Origin: Spirochaetota bacterium
Lineage (GTDB): Bacteria; Spirochaetota; UBA4802; UBA5550
Assembly: GCA_963664815.2 (NCBI GenBank)
Contig: CAXXHB010000003.1
Location: 2,240,001-2,304,000, forward strand
Direction: 5' to 3'
DNA: 64,000 bases
Below are positions 27,418-38,578 of this stretch, in pieces. The position numbers and the translations under genes were made by a program. The notes beneath the pieces are model-generated. The model had not been told where the DNA came from and made no database searches. It worked only from the letters and a program-made list of their open reading frames with translations. Every line of letters starts with the position of its first letter. The first letter of the stretch is position 1.

Positions 27418-27632
27418 GCAGATAATATCTTAAATGCATAAAACTGCCGCTTATTATCTCATATAATCTTTCCGGTTTTTCAGAATATCTGTATACATAC
27501 ATTGATAAAAATTTTAATTTTATCTCTTTTTACAGCTCTCTTCAACAGAAAAATGATTGTATCTCACCGGGGAGTTCAGCTAATTAACACCCTATACTAT
27601 AATATTTAAATAATACAGGAGAATACACTTTA

Positions 27633-28019
27633 ATGAAAAGAATTCTACTCTCAGGTATAACACTGTTTTTCTGTTTAACCGCATTATCTTTTTCCGCTGA
27701 TAACATTAAGACAGTTAATTATAATGATCTGCCAAACGGAGCAAAAGAGGTTATTACAAAGATAAAAGCGGGTTCCACAGAGTGGGCATTTGTCAAAAAC
27801 GACGGGGTTCGTTTCGGGAACCGGGAGAAACATCTTCCTGCTGACCATAATGTTTCATATAAAGAGTACACCGTCTGCACAGACAGAATGAACAAAGAGT
27901 TAAAAAAGGGGAAACGGCCCAACCGTGGTCCAAACCGTATAGTACATGATGTCAGCAACGATATCTACTACTACACTGATGATCACTACAGAACGTTCAG
28001 GAGAGTTGTATTTAAATAA
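27633..28019 (+). CDS. Secreted guanyl-specific ribonuclease (barnase/RNase Sa family)
   Basis: FGNREKHLP, YKEYTV, RGPNRIV, YYTDDHYRTF; signal peptide. Confidence 0.88.
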   Translation: MKRILLSGITLFFCLTALSFSADNIKTVNYNDLPNGAKEVITKIKAGSTEWAFVKNDGVRFGNREKHLPADHNVSYKEYTVCTDRMNKELKKGKRPNRGPNRIVHDVSNDIYYYTDDHYRTFRRVVFK

Positions 28020-28426
28020 TGAAAACCATTGAACAGCTGGTCAAGACCATAAGGGAAGGCTCCTTCACCCGCGGAAGTAAACTCATTGCAGAAGCAGAAG
28101 CCGGCGGAATTCATATTTTTTATTTCAGCGGTAAGTCAATTGCAGACGAAGAGAGTTTTTTCAATACTGCAAAAACCGTTATGCGGCTCCCAGGTTATTT
28201 CGGTTACAACTGGGATGCCTTCGAGGAATGCATCAATGACCTGAGCTGGATCCCGGCGCAGGGTTATATATTTATTTACGATAATACCTCTGTATTCTTT
28301 TCTAAGCATCCCAAAGATGCAGAGATATTAACCGGCATACTTGATGATGCCCGTAATAATTTCAGAGGGTCAGAAATATCATTTGAAGTTATCCTGGCGG
28401 ATGGAGATGATCTTTCAGCTGCATGA
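28019..28426 (+). CDS. Barstar family RNase inhibitor
   Basis: LPGYFGYNWDAFEECINDLSW; translationally coupled to the RNase (TAATG). Confidence 0.88.
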   Translation: MKTIEQLVKTIREGSFTRGSKLIAEAEAGGIHIFYFSGKSIADEESFFNTAKTVMRLPGYFGYNWDAFEECINDLSWIPAQGYIFIYDNTSVFFSKHPKDAEILTGILDDARNNFRGSEISFEVILADGDDLSAA

Positions 28427-28435
28427 AAGAGGCTT

Positions 28436-30742
28436 TCAGCCATGTTGACCATGCATATGTGTTAAAAACAGTTTACAGATCCCGGGATCAAACTGAATAC
28501 CTGCATTGCTCTCTATCTCCTTTAATGCATTTTCTGCAGATACAGCCCTGCGGTATGGCCTTTCAGTGGTCATTGCCGTATATGCGTCAGCAATGGCAAG
28601 AATTCTTGACTGAAGCGGGATATCAAGGGCTTTAATTCCCCTTGGGTAACCCCTGCCATCCCATCTTTCATGATGTGCCAGCACGTAATCGGCTAATTTC
28701 GCATACTCATTAACTGAAGATAATATTCTGTAACCATGCTCACTGTGACGCTTAACTTCATCAATGGCATACCCGCTTAAAGGCTTAGTACTGTTTAAAA
28801 TTTCTTCAGCTATGGCGATATTACCGATATCATGCATCATCCCCAGTGTCTTCAGTTCGAGTATCTCCTCCCCCCTTAAATTCATTTCTTTACCGATAAC
28901 AGCGCACAGTTCGCTTACTTTTTTAGCGTGAAGCTCTTCTCCGGGATTTTTACTGTATAATGTATTCTTTATAGTTTCTATAGTCTGGTGTTTTATAATA
29001 TTACTTTCAGAGAGTTTCTCTTTGTACATCAAATCTTCGGCCTGTTTGTAAATATCGGTTATATCCTGTTCATCGGATTCTTTGGCCGCAAGGCCGAAAG
29101 ATACCGAGACAGGCAGAATGCCGGCCTTTTCACCATGCATAGATATTTTAATCCGCCGGACAATAGTTTCAGCTGTAATTCTGTCAGCACCGGGCAGAAT
29201 AATTACAAATTCATCGCCGCCTGTTCTGGCAATGATATCATCCGAACGGCACTCTTTTTTTAAGACACCTGCCGCTTTCCGAAGAAGATTATCCCCGGCC
29301 AGATGTCCGAAAACATCATTTGTAAGCTTCAGTCCATTGACATCACCTACCACCAGCGTGATGGGTAGATTTCTTTTTGTATCAAGTCTCCGAAGCTCCT
29401 CCTCAAAAAACCTGTGGTTATACAGGCCTGTCAGGTGGTCATGGAATCCCAGATGGGCTATCTCCAGTGCGCTTTTAAGTTCCCTGTTTACTCTTTCCAG
29501 GTTAGTGTTTAAAATATTTATTCTGTCAGCAAGCGCAATAGAGAGAAGCACGGCTTCTATAACCGCGGCTATCTGAAAATTGTAGAAGGTAAAGTTATTA
29601 TAAGGAAGAACACTTTTAAATGTCAGTGAAAAGACTATTGTTCCGGCTAAAAAAACGAATGATGCCCATATATAAAACCTGGCATTCCTGTTTCCCCGTC
29701 TGAAAGCCGTTATTCCAGTAATCATTAATACAACAGGAACAACAAGTCCCATGGTTGTAAAATAATTAATAATCTTACTGTACTCAAACAGGAAAACGCC
29801 TGCAGATAATCCGAGTGAGACAATAATTAAAATATTAAGAATGGTGTCAATTACCGGCATAATCTTCCGTGTTGAGAGGAAAGTCTTTGCGAATAACATT
29901 GCAAATGCAGAGCTGACACCCAGAAAAAAGAGCGTTAAATATGTTGACACAACAGGATTCTGCCTGAAAAAGAACTCGGTCGTAAGCCGGTTCACTGCTG
30001 AGAAATACAATGTAATGGTTAAAAGATACAGCAGATAATAAAAACGCGACTTTTCCCTGAGGAATATACACAGAAAGAGGTTGTAAAGGAATAAACCTGT
30101 CATAACGCCATAGAACATCCCGAAGAGAATAAGCTGATAAAACAGTTTACTGTCCAGTTCATCTTTCTGAACAACTTTAAGCGGTATAAAATATGGTGAT
30201 TTTGATTCGACACGCAGATAAAATGTCGATGGTTCACGATCCAGCGCAGGGAGACTGAAAACCACATTTTTGTATACCAGTTCATTCAGTCCAAGAACCT
30301 TCAATGTCCCGCCTGACTGCCTGATCCATCCGTCTTTTCCGTATTTATCTTTTTTTACCGGGGTATATAAATCGGCGTAATAGACATATTGAGTACCCAT
30401 GTCAAGAAAGCGGGCAGTCCTGTCGGCTCCGCTTTCAATACCGGCAGACTGAAGAGTAAATCTTAACCAGAAGACCGATCTGCTGAGTCCAAGATTTATA
30501 TTTTCTTTTTTATGAGTGTAAAATTCACCATTATAGCTCCCGGAGCTGACCTCTGCAATACCAAGCTTTCCCTCCTTATCCTCAAGAATCTCAACATGCC
30601 TGCCAAGAGAAATACCAGGTGTTCCATTATCTATATTTACAGCATCCAGAGCCAGTGCGTTTTTCAAGGGGAATGTATATACAATCAGGTGGAAGGCAAT
30701 AATAACCTGTAATAATGAACGTGTATGGATAACTCTATTCAT
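28436..30742 (-). CDS. 7TM-DISM receptor-GGDEF-HD-GYP c-di-GMP enzyme
   Basis: DISMED2 (NLG.....FWLRF), 7 TM helices, GGDEF, HDIG, HHERWDGRGYP. Confidence 0.9.
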   Translation of the reverse strand: MNRVIHTRSLLQVIIAFHLIVYTFPLKNALALDAVNIDNGTPGISLGRHVEILEDKEGKLGIAEVSSGSYNGEFYTHKKENINLGLSRSVFWLRFTLQSAGIESGADRTARFLDMGTQYVYYADLYTPVKKDKYGKDGWIRQSGGTLKVLGLNELVYKNVVFSLPALDREPSTFYLRVESKSPYFIPLKVVQKDELDSKLFYQLILFGMFYGVMTGLFLYNLFLCIFLREKSRFYYLLYLLTITLYFSAVNRLTTEFFFRQNPVVSTYLTLFFLGVSSAFAMLFAKTFLSTRKIMPVIDTILNILIIVSLGLSAGVFLFEYSKIINYFTTMGLVVPVVLMITGITAFRRGNRNARFYIWASFVFLAGTIVFSLTFKSVLPYNNFTFYNFQIAAVIEAVLLSIALADRINILNTNLERVNRELKSALEIAHLGFHDHLTGLYNHRFFEEELRRLDTKRNLPITLVVGDVNGLKLTNDVFGHLAGDNLLRKAAGVLKKECRSDDIIARTGGDEFVIILPGADRITAETIVRRIKISMHGEKAGILPVSVSFGLAAKESDEQDITDIYKQAEDLMYKEKLSESNIIKHQTIETIKNTLYSKNPGEELHAKKVSELCAVIGKEMNLRGEEILELKTLGMMHDIGNIAIAEEILNSTKPLSGYAIDEVKRHSEHGYRILSSVNEYAKLADYVLAHHERWDGRGYPRGIKALDIPLQSRILAIADAYTAMTTERPYRRAVSAENALKEIESNAGIQFDPGICKLFLTHMHGQHG

Positions 30743-30987
30743 CTATGTTCTCTTGCAGCTTCTTTTATGAAATCAGTATCAATCGAATTATGCTCTATTA
30801 ATTGCTTATACAGATAAAGATAATTCAGATCAGCATGTTAAAAAAAACTGAATAACATAGCTGATAATTGTCTGGCATGAAATATAAGTATGTACATTGC
30901 GTCCAGTAATTTTATTTTAAAAATACTATTATATTCAATGAATAATTTATTATTTTAATCTGCAATCTCTGACCCGAATTAAATTAC

Positions 30988-31067
30988 AAAAACTCTGACT
31001 GAATCAGAGTTTTTTGCAATACACTTTTTTTATAATACACTTCAGGATTATCCTGAAGTGTATTATA
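30988..31067. terminator. Two tandem inverted repeats/terminators downstream of the enoyl-CoA hydratase
   Basis: AAAAACTCTGA/TCAGAGTTTTT and a 17-bp perfect arm TATAATACACTTCAGGA/TCCTGAAGTGTATTATA. Confidence 0.7.
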
Positions 31068-31093
31068 TATTTCCAGTAAATCCGTTAATTCAG

Positions 31094-31864
31094 TTATTCA
31101 CCCTTAAATTCAGGCTTTCTTTTTCCCATAAAAGCGGTTATACCCTCTTTCATGTCTTTTGTACCGAAAAGAACTCCAAGCTCCTCCCTTTCCATTTTTA
31201 AATGACGTTCCGGCGACAATCCCGGCGCTGCCGATGTTATTTTCAGCAAAGCCTTCACAGCAAGAGGCGGACGCACAATAAGCTCACCTGCAAAGGCCAG
31301 GGCGTCATCAAGCAGTTTACCATCTTCGCATAAACGGTCAACCAGTCCAAGTGATAACGATTCTTCAGCCTCAAACTGCTTCCCGAGAATCATATATTCC
31401 AGCGCTTTTGACTTTCCAATAAGCTTCGGCAGCCTCAGTGTTCCGCCATAACCCGGAATAATACCGAGATTGGTTTCGGTTAGCCCTATGCGTGCCCCTT
31501 TTTTCATAAACCTGAAGTGGCATGCCAGCGCGAGTTCACAGCCGCCCCCCAGCGCCGGGCCGTTTATCGCGGCTATAACCGGCTTTGGATAATCTTCAAT
31601 TTTATTCCATATATCCTGCCCTCGTTTCAGAAAATCAACTACACTGAAGTCGCCGTTTCCTTCCGACAGGTCTGCCCCGGCACAGAACGCTTTATCGCCT
31701 GTCCCGGTAATAATCAATGCCCGGACATCATAGCCCTTTTCATTGGCATCAAGAAGTTTCCTGATCCCTTCAAAAACAGAATGACTCAGCTGGTTTGCCT
31801 TCGGCCTGTTGATTGAGATTATTCCCACCTGACCCTTTAACTCAAATAAAACCGGTTCATCCAT
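31094..31864 (-). CDS. Enoyl-CoA hydratase/isomerase (crotonase)
   Basis: AFCAGADL, GGGCELALACH, ETNLGIIPGYGGT. Confidence 0.92.
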   Translation of the reverse strand: MDEPVLFELKGQVGIISINRPKANQLSHSVFEGIRKLLDANEKGYDVRALIITGTGDKAFCAGADLSEGNGDFSVVDFLKRGQDIWNKIEDYPKPVIAAINGPALGGGCELALACHFRFMKKGARIGLTETNLGIIPGYGGTLRLPKLIGKSKALEYMILGKQFEAEESLSLGLVDRLCEDGKLLDDALAFAGELIVRPPLAVKALLKITSAAPGLSPERHLKMEREELGVLFGTKDMKEGITAFMGKRKPEFKGE

Positions 31865-32058
31865 CTTTTCTCTCCTTGGCTTTTATATTATTTTATTTTT
31901 TTAAAATACCTGACAGCTGCAAAAAATATTTTTCTCAGATTATAAGTATATCCATAGTATTACAAGAATTTTTTATATAAGTCTGAAGTAATAATATACT
32001 GATTATTCAATTAATACGCCATTATACCGGAATCTTCCGGATCAGTCTTATAAAATCA

Positions 32059-34239
32059 CTATTTTATCATTTTATTATTTCTCAGTGCAAAAATTACCAT
32101 ATTTCTCATAACCCTCTCTTTAACTGAAGCAGGTTTTTCAAGTTTCATATATTTAAGAAAAACCGCCGCAGATTTCGGTACAGGTCTTATTGTTTCCATA
32201 ATAAGTCCACTGAGCAGTTTTAATGGATCTCCGGCCGCAAGATTTTTCATAACCTTCAGCGAATTCCCCAGCATCATCTCTTCCGGCTTTAAATCCGTTC
32301 CAAAGGGAAAAGGCTGAAAAAATCCCCTTTCACGATATGGCTGCAGAAGTTTATTAATTCTGTCGGGAGTGTTATTACGGAATTCCTCCGGAATCTCATA
32401 ATCCACTGAAATCTTTTTAGCTTTTTTAGCCTGCTCAAGCAGCTGTTTCTGGAATCTTGAATCAGCAATATTCAACATCGCCGCGATAACCTCTGCATCG
32501 GGTTTGCCTCTTACATCGGCTATTCCATACTCGGTAACTACAATATCCCTCAAATGTCTTGGAACTGAACAGTGCCCGTAACTGAATACAATATTGGACT
32601 TTAAGGCTTTTCCGGAACCTTTTGTACTTTTTACCATCATAATAAGCCTGCCGTCTCTCAGTGCATGTGCCATTGCGACAAAATTATACTGTCCCCCTAT
32701 GCCGCTTACCACCCTCCCGTCCTGAAGCTGGTCTGAAGCGATAGAGCCAAGAAGTGTTGCAGTCATACCGGTGTTTACAAATCTGCCATCCTTTCTCTGA
32801 AGAGTTCTCAACTCTTCATCTCCGTACAGCTGGTTGACCTTCTCCACGCCGGACATGCCGAACTGCTGTCTCTCCTCTTCGCTCATATCGTTAAGTGCTT
32901 TATAAAATGACTGAGGACCGAAATAAAAGGCACCAAGTATTACCTGTCCCCCCAGAAGCTCTTTCCCGATAATATTTCTTATTTTGATCCTGTTACCACT
33001 ATCGGCAAGATCAACCGGGTAACTCTCGCCACCGTCGATTATTGCGTTCTCAGTAAATTTTACATCTTTTTTCAGTATTCCGAATTTAATTAAAAAATTA
33101 AAATCATCCTCATCAACCCTTGAATGGATTGCCTTCATCTCTATCAGTTTATCGATAATATCCTGAGGAATTTTATCAGCGGATAGCTCGTTATTATTAA
33201 TAAGTTTCATCAAAGGTACACTGTCAAAAACCTTCCGTTTAAGAATTTTACTTTTATACATCTGCATAAATGCATCAACAAACATCTCGGATGACCCGTA
33301 AAGTCCCTGCGTAAATACACCCGTATCTCCCCATTTTTTTATAAGGGTTCCATTCTTTGACAAAAGTCCGGCCTTCTCTATAATCTCCCTGTATACTCCG
33401 TTATGTTCATTCCGCATTATAAGCCCGGCCACAATTGCATCGCCCAGTGCGCCTATTCCGACCTGTATTGTTCCTCCATCCTTCACAAGTGTGCTTACAT
33501 TAATCCCGATCATATGATCAGCTGGTGCTACAGGATCCTTCGGCGCTCCGAAAAGTTTGTAGTTAAACTTTTCTCCCTGCAGTATATAATCATATTCTTC
33601 TTTTTCCACCACTGCATCTCCATACATAAACGGGAGATTTATATTAGCCTCGCCGACAGTGACTACTTTCCTCCCCTCTTCCCTGAGCCTGTGGTACTCA
33701 GTTTTGAGTGCTTCAACTCCTACATCAGTATTGCATCCCATGGAATACATCACCTTTCCGTCAAATTCACGAACTGATAAAAGCTGGGCAAATACATTCC
33801 CACCGTTATCAATCCCATCCCTTACACAATGTGTATAATTGGAGGATATATGCCTTAACTGTGAATGCTCATCATTCAGATTGGCGCCTGCTTTGCAGAA
33901 AAATTCAAATATCTCAACGTTTTTCGGCAGTTTACCATCTCTGAGGTCAAGCATGTATTCGAATTCAGGCACACCGTCAAATATTCTCTCAGCTATAGGC
34001 TTAAGAAATCTTTTTTCAATATCGGTATGCCCTTTAGGCTTTTCAAGCGAAAGTGCTGTCAGAATATTAAGCTTTATTTCCGGGTCCTCTTTTGCCCTCC
34101 GGTATATTTCATTGGCCAGCTTCAGCGATTTTCCAAGCGCCAGCGGCATGGTCAGGTTTACCTTTTTATCCAGGTACTTAATAATCTGATCCGCGCATGC
34201 TGCCACATCATCCGTTACAACACCCATTTTCCCATTCAT
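32059..34239 (-). CDS. Acetyl-CoA hydrolase/CoA-transferase family protein
   Basis: DGGTIQVGIG, SEMFV, SGIGGQYNF, VVTEYGIADVRGK. Confidence 0.85.
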   Translation of the reverse strand: MNGKMGVVTDDVAACADQIIKYLDKKVNLTMPLALGKSLKLANEIYRRAKEDPEIKLNILTALSLEKPKGHTDIEKRFLKPIAERIFDGVPEFEYMLDLRDGKLPKNVEIFEFFCKAGANLNDEHSQLRHISSNYTHCVRDGIDNGGNVFAQLLSVREFDGKVMYSMGCNTDVGVEALKTEYHRLREEGRKVVTVGEANINLPFMYGDAVVEKEEYDYILQGEKFNYKLFGAPKDPVAPADHMIGINVSTLVKDGGTIQVGIGALGDAIVAGLIMRNEHNGVYREIIEKAGLLSKNGTLIKKWGDTGVFTQGLYGSSEMFVDAFMQMYKSKILKRKVFDSVPLMKLINNNELSADKIPQDIIDKLIEMKAIHSRVDEDDFNFLIKFGILKKDVKFTENAIIDGGESYPVDLADSGNRIKIRNIIGKELLGGQVILGAFYFGPQSFYKALNDMSEEERQQFGMSGVEKVNQLYGDEELRTLQRKDGRFVNTGMTATLLGSIASDQLQDGRVVSGIGGQYNFVAMAHALRDGRLIMMVKSTKGSGKALKSNIVFSYGHCSVPRHLRDIVVTEYGIADVRGKPDAEVIAAMLNIADSRFQKQLLEQAKKAKKISVDYEIPEEFRNNTPDRINKLLQPYRERGFFQPFPFGTDLKPEEMMLGNSLKVMKNLAAGDPLKLLSGLIMETIRPVPKSAAVFLKYMKLEKPASVKERVMRNMVIFALRNNKMIK

Positions 34240-34573
34240 ATTGCACCTTCCTTATTATTTATAGATTAAATTATCACTGCAGGCACTAAACCCGTATACA
34301 TGCAATGATTCATTTACATATTCAGAAAGCTGCCTTATTCCCTCTCCGGTATGATGAGTTTTTTTATTCCTCTTAATTTTATTTTTTATTTAAAATCTTA
34401 AATCTTATAACTTTTCTTTTTAAAAAGTTCTTTTCCGCTATCAAATATTAATTCATCTTTTACATCTTCCGGGTACATTAATCTTTAACATATAAGCCTG
34501 GCCATGACATTTTCCGAAAAAACATAAATGAATGACCATTAATTTAAACGCCATAATTCATTTATCGCGGCAA

Positions 34574-35176
34574 TTAACTCCTCTCCGAAGCCCCGAGAGC
34601 CTTAAGTGAAAAATCATACATAAATGCAATTATATCATCCACAGAATACTGCCCATCAGGAGTATACCATATTCTTGAACGAGCTATCATTGATGCTATA
34701 AAGTAAACAGCCAGCCGTTCATTTTCGCATGAAAATATTTTTTCTTTTGTCCCGCGTTCCAGTACCGTTATACATATTCTGTCGTATTCATCGCGCTGTT
34801 TTATTATTTTTTTACGGTTTTTAGGCGTGAGATTATTCAGTCCTGAATCAAAAAGCAGTTTTGATTTTCTTCTTTCACCAAGAGTAAGACGAAGATGATT
34901 TTCAATAATCAGCTTTAATCCATCCCTTGGATCGATTGTATCATCCTTCTCCAGAGATCTTATTGGTGATAATATATCCTCCATTTCCTGATAAAGGATT
35001 TCGAAGAGTATGGTCTCTTTTTTATCAAAAAAATTATATATATTTGCCGGACGAAATCCGCATTCGCCGGCTATATCTTTCATACTTGTTTCGGCATAAC
35101 CCTTCTCCCAGAAAAGGCTGCTTGATTTCGATAAAATTAGTTTCTGCTGAAATTTACTTTCTTTTTCTTCGGGCAT
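34574..35176 (-). CDS. TetR family regulator
   Basis: GYAETSMKDIA...ANIYNFFDKKE. Confidence 0.9.
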   Translation of the reverse strand: MPEEKESKFQQKLILSKSSSLFWEKGYAETSMKDIAGECGFRPANIYNFFDKKETILFEILYQEMEDILSPIRSLEKDDTIDPRDGLKLIIENHLRLTLGERRKSKLLFDSGLNNLTPKNRKKIIKQRDEYDRICITVLERGTKEKIFSCENERLAVYFIASMIARSRIWYTPDGQYSVDDIIAFMYDFSLKALGASERS

Positions 35177-35414
35177 ATTTTAAAAACCATAATATTGTTA
35201 TTTTATATTTATGAATGATAATTAATACAAATCTGTGTAAATTACAATTTTTTTTCGGTAAAAAATACTGAACTTTTTTTACCGAAAAACTCTGTTCTCT
35301 CAACACCCGGGAGATATAACCGCTTATTTTAAACTTAAATATATTAAAAAAATATCATTGCATGAATTTAAGTCAACATAGATTTTTTTCAAGGATTAAA
35401 ATGGTGAATTTATT

Positions 35415-36026
35415 ATGATAGACCTGACACACACTATTATTGATAATCTGCAGGTATATCCTGGAGATGAAAACCTGTCTCTTACCAGACAGAAAGACTT
35501 TTCCACTGATAAATTTACCGATTTTAAACTTATCACGGGAATGCATGCCGGAACGCATATTGACGGCCCGATGCATTTAACACAGGACGACAGGTATATT
35601 TCCTCATTACCATTGACATCATTTGTCGGAAAAGCCTGTGTCATTAATACAGGAAGTGAAATGGATATAAAATGGAAAGAATCATATTCAGAAATTATAA
35701 AAGAAAAAGATATTATCATAATTAATACAGGTTTTGGGAGATATTTCGGTACTGTAAAATATCTAATTGATAACCCTGTAATTAATGAGAGTTTTGCCGC
35801 TGCTGTTATTGAAAGAGGAATTAAAATGATCGGAATAGATCTGATGTCACCTGACAGTCAGCCGCATAAAATCCATAAAATGCTTTTATCAGCCGGAATT
35901 TTAATAGCTGAAAACCTAGCCAACCTTGACCGGTTAAGCTCTATCGGCAGCTTTGAGGTAATTGCATTGCCTCTTAAGATAAATTCCGACAGTTCTCCGG
36001 CACGGATTATTGCAAGAAAGATATAA
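35415..36026 (+). CDS. Cyclase family metal hydrolase (kynurenine formamidase-like)
   Basis: HAGTHIDGPMH, GID..SPD, H..LL, ENL. Confidence 0.88.
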   Translation: MIDLTHTIIDNLQVYPGDENLSLTRQKDFSTDKFTDFKLITGMHAGTHIDGPMHLTQDDRYISSLPLTSFVGKACVINTGSEMDIKWKESYSEIIKEKDIIIINTGFGRYFGTVKYLIDNPVINESFAAAVIERGIKMIGIDLMSPDSQPHKIHKMLLSAGILIAENLANLDRLSSIGSFEVIALPLKINSDSSPARIIARKI

Positions 36027-36065
36027 AACAATTCAAACCATAATTTTCTTTAATACCAGTATTAT

Positions 36066-36110
36066 TTCTCCCGGCCGTCTTCGGCGGCCGGGAGAACAGT
36101 CTTTCTTTTT
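36066..36110 (+). terminator. Intrinsic terminator
   Basis: TTCTCCCGGCCG...CGGCCGGGAGAA with a cUUCGg loop and T-rich tail. Confidence 0.75.
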
Positions 36111-36154
36111 TACACTAAAACTTATCAATTGATTAGCATTGAGATATTTTATAA

Positions 36155-36182
36155 TTGACATTTTGTAACCAATGGTTACAAT
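36155..36182 (+). promoter_or_regulatory. Promoter with palindromic operator for the acyl-CoA dehydrogenase
   Basis: TTGACA-16-TACAAT overlapping TTGTAACCA-a-TGGTTACAA. Confidence 0.65.
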
Positions 36183-36319
36183 AATAACCATATTTATTAA
36201 ATATATTTAATTTTCAGGATTTAACAGTATTATAAAATTGTTATTCAATACCGCATGCCGGAGAAGATGATATCAGGCCGGTTATTTTTCAGATTTTTAT
36301 AATATAAAGGGGGGATTTC

Positions 36320-37909
36320 ATGACACTGCCGGACCGCAACAATTCATATACATTCAGCGATTTTCTTCAATGGAGAAAAGATGTTGATTATTATGCCGAT
36401 GATACATTTGTGCAGAAAGCCCTTAAACATTTTTCGGGTAATGACTGGAATATTGCCGACAATGAAGCGCGCAGAACATCAAAGATGGCTTCGTACAGGT
36501 GGCGAGATATGGCTTCTTCCATATCATACCCTGAAAAAAGGCCTTACATGATGCATTATGACGGACACCATAACCGTATTGACAGGATAGTCCGCCCAAA
36601 AGAAACCGAAATTATGGAAAAGGAGATTTTCGGTTTGCGCCTTTTTGCAGATGATTTTTCTCCATGGGTAAAACTGATCAGGATGCTGATAATATACCAG
36701 AATGGAGAGGCCTGTGTTGCTTGTCCCATGACCTGTACCGAGGGTCTTGTAAAGCTTCTTGAAAAATATGCCGACACCCCGGAAACACTGCATATACTAA
36801 AACACTGTAAAGACGGGATTGACGGTGATGTTGCAATCGGCGCACAGTACCTTTCTGAAATACAGGGGGGATCAGATGTTCCTGCCAATATTCTTGAGGC
36901 TGTTAAAGAAGGTGATACATGGAAGCTTTACGGCAGCAAGTTTTTCTGTTCAGCCACTCATGCGGATTATGCTGTTGTGACAGCAAAGCCTTCCGGATCT
37001 GAAAAGGTTGCCCTTTTTGTAATGCCGTCATGGCTCCCCGGGAATAAGGAGAAAGAGATACGCAACGGCTATACTATTGACCGTATTAAATGGAAGATGG
37101 GTACAAGCGAACTTACAACCGGTGAATTAACATTCAACGGTGCTGTTGCATATCCTGTCGGTCCGCTTGAAAAGGGAGTTTCCAATGTAGTTGGAATTGT
37201 CCTTACTTACTCAAGGCTGACTGTCGGTCTATCAGCGGCTGCATTTATGCTCAGATCGGTAAGGGAGGCTGAAAAATACAGTGAGATGAGAGAGGCTTTC
37301 GGCATTACAATCGGGAAGTTCCCACTCGTAAAGGCACAGCTGAAAGAGATTGAACACCAAGCAAAAAGAACTACAGCGGGAGCATTCAGGGTATACAGCG
37401 AATTTATCAAATATTCTGAAAGATCTGACAAAAATGACAAAGGTGAAGACCATACATTTTTCAGGAAAAAATCTTTTGCCGTGAGGGAACTTGTAATGCT
37501 GCAGAAAATGACCGCATCAATGGATTCCACCGATGTTATAAGAAAAGCCATGTCAATTTTCGGAGGTCATGGTATAATGGAGGATTTCTCTTCACTCCCG
37601 CGGCTGTATCGCGATTCAGCCATAAACGAGTTATGGGAGGGTCCGCGGAATGTCCTTCTTACCCAGATTTATAATGATATTAAAAAGGCATCAGAATGGT
37701 ATAAACCTTATGATTTTATTAAAGACGTTCTCTATAATGCCGATACCGCAACTGTCAAAGAATTTTCTGACGAATTGAATGTTATTATTTCACATCCGAA
37801 CCTTTTCGGGAACGATGACAGAACAATCGAAATATGCAGCATGTGGGACAGTTTCTGCCACAGGCTTTTTCATGCCTATCAGGACTGTGCGCTAAGAGAA
37901 ATAGATTAA
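36320..37909 (+). CDS. Acyl-CoA dehydrogenase (AidB-like)
   Basis: CPMTCT, SEIQGGSDV, GSKFFCS, K.KMGT, FGGHG, ELWEG. Confidence 0.88.
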   Translation: MTLPDRNNSYTFSDFLQWRKDVDYYADDTFVQKALKHFSGNDWNIADNEARRTSKMASYRWRDMASSISYPEKRPYMMHYDGHHNRIDRIVRPKETEIMEKEIFGLRLFADDFSPWVKLIRMLIIYQNGEACVACPMTCTEGLVKLLEKYADTPETLHILKHCKDGIDGDVAIGAQYLSEIQGGSDVPANILEAVKEGDTWKLYGSKFFCSATHADYAVVTAKPSGSEKVALFVMPSWLPGNKEKEIRNGYTIDRIKWKMGTSELTTGELTFNGAVAYPVGPLEKGVSNVVGIVLTYSRLTVGLSAAAFMLRSVREAEKYSEMREAFGITIGKFPLVKAQLKEIEHQAKRTTAGAFRVYSEFIKYSERSDKNDKGEDHTFFRKKSFAVRELVMLQKMTASMDSTDVIRKAMSIFGGHGIMEDFSSLPRLYRDSAINELWEGPRNVLLTQIYNDIKKASEWYKPYDFIKDVLYNADTATVKEFSDELNVIISHPNLFGNDDRTIEICSMWDSFCHRLFHAYQDCALREID

Positions 37910-37978
37910 GCTATATAAAAGTTATATTCCTCTTCTGCAGCAGATATAAATGCTGTTTGAGCGGAATATGACTCATAA

Positions 37979-38578
37979 TTATTCCTTAAATTTTAACGCT
38001 ATTATTCTTCCCAGCTTCTTCATATGGGATATTACTTCTTCTCTGCTCCTGCCGGGATAGTTTCTGAAAGTGATCAGCACTCCGTTCATGGCGGCAAAGT
38101 ATGCGTGTGAAGTCATCCTTATATCCCCTTTCGAACCTGTTTTAATAAACAGCTTGTCAAGCTGATCAAGGAGGCGCCTTTCTGTTACATTCAGCCGTTC
38201 TACCAGTTCCCCGCTGAGTGACCCATCGAGCATGAAATTAGTCATCATCCTGAAATAACTGTCATTTTCAATAAGATATACTATAAATTTCTCTGTAACT
38301 TTCTCAATATTTACTTTTTTTCCGTCATTCACAATTGATTCAAAAAAACTGATAATCTCCGCCGAACCTTTCATAAAGGCTTCAACAAAAAGGGTCTGCT
38401 GGTTAGGAAAATACCTGTAGATTGAAGCATGTGATATACCGGCCTCTTTAGCTATATCCCTGATGCTCACTTTATCAAATGGTTTACCGGCGAATACCCG
38501 CTCTGCGGCGCTGATAATTGCATCCTGCCTCGCCTTTCTCTCATTTTTTTTCATTGAACCGAATGTATTTTTTTCCAT
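37979..38578 (-). CDS. TetR family regulator
   Basis: VSIRDIAKEAGISHASIYRYF. Confidence 0.9.
   Translation of the reverse strand: MEKNTFGSMKKNERKARQDAIISAAERVFAGKPFDKVSIRDIAKEAGISHASIYRYFPNQQTLFVEAFMKGSAEIISFFESIVNDGKKVNIEKVTEKFIVYLIENDSYFRMMTNFMLDGSLSGELVERLNVTERRLLDQLDKLFIKTGSKGDIRMTSHAYFAAMNGVLITFRNYPGRSREEVISHMKKLGRIIALKFKE

Noticed and set aside
27383-27502. N-terminal extension of TetR in the ORF track
   Set aside because: It overlaps the promoter/operator; the TetR domain begins at ATG 27382.
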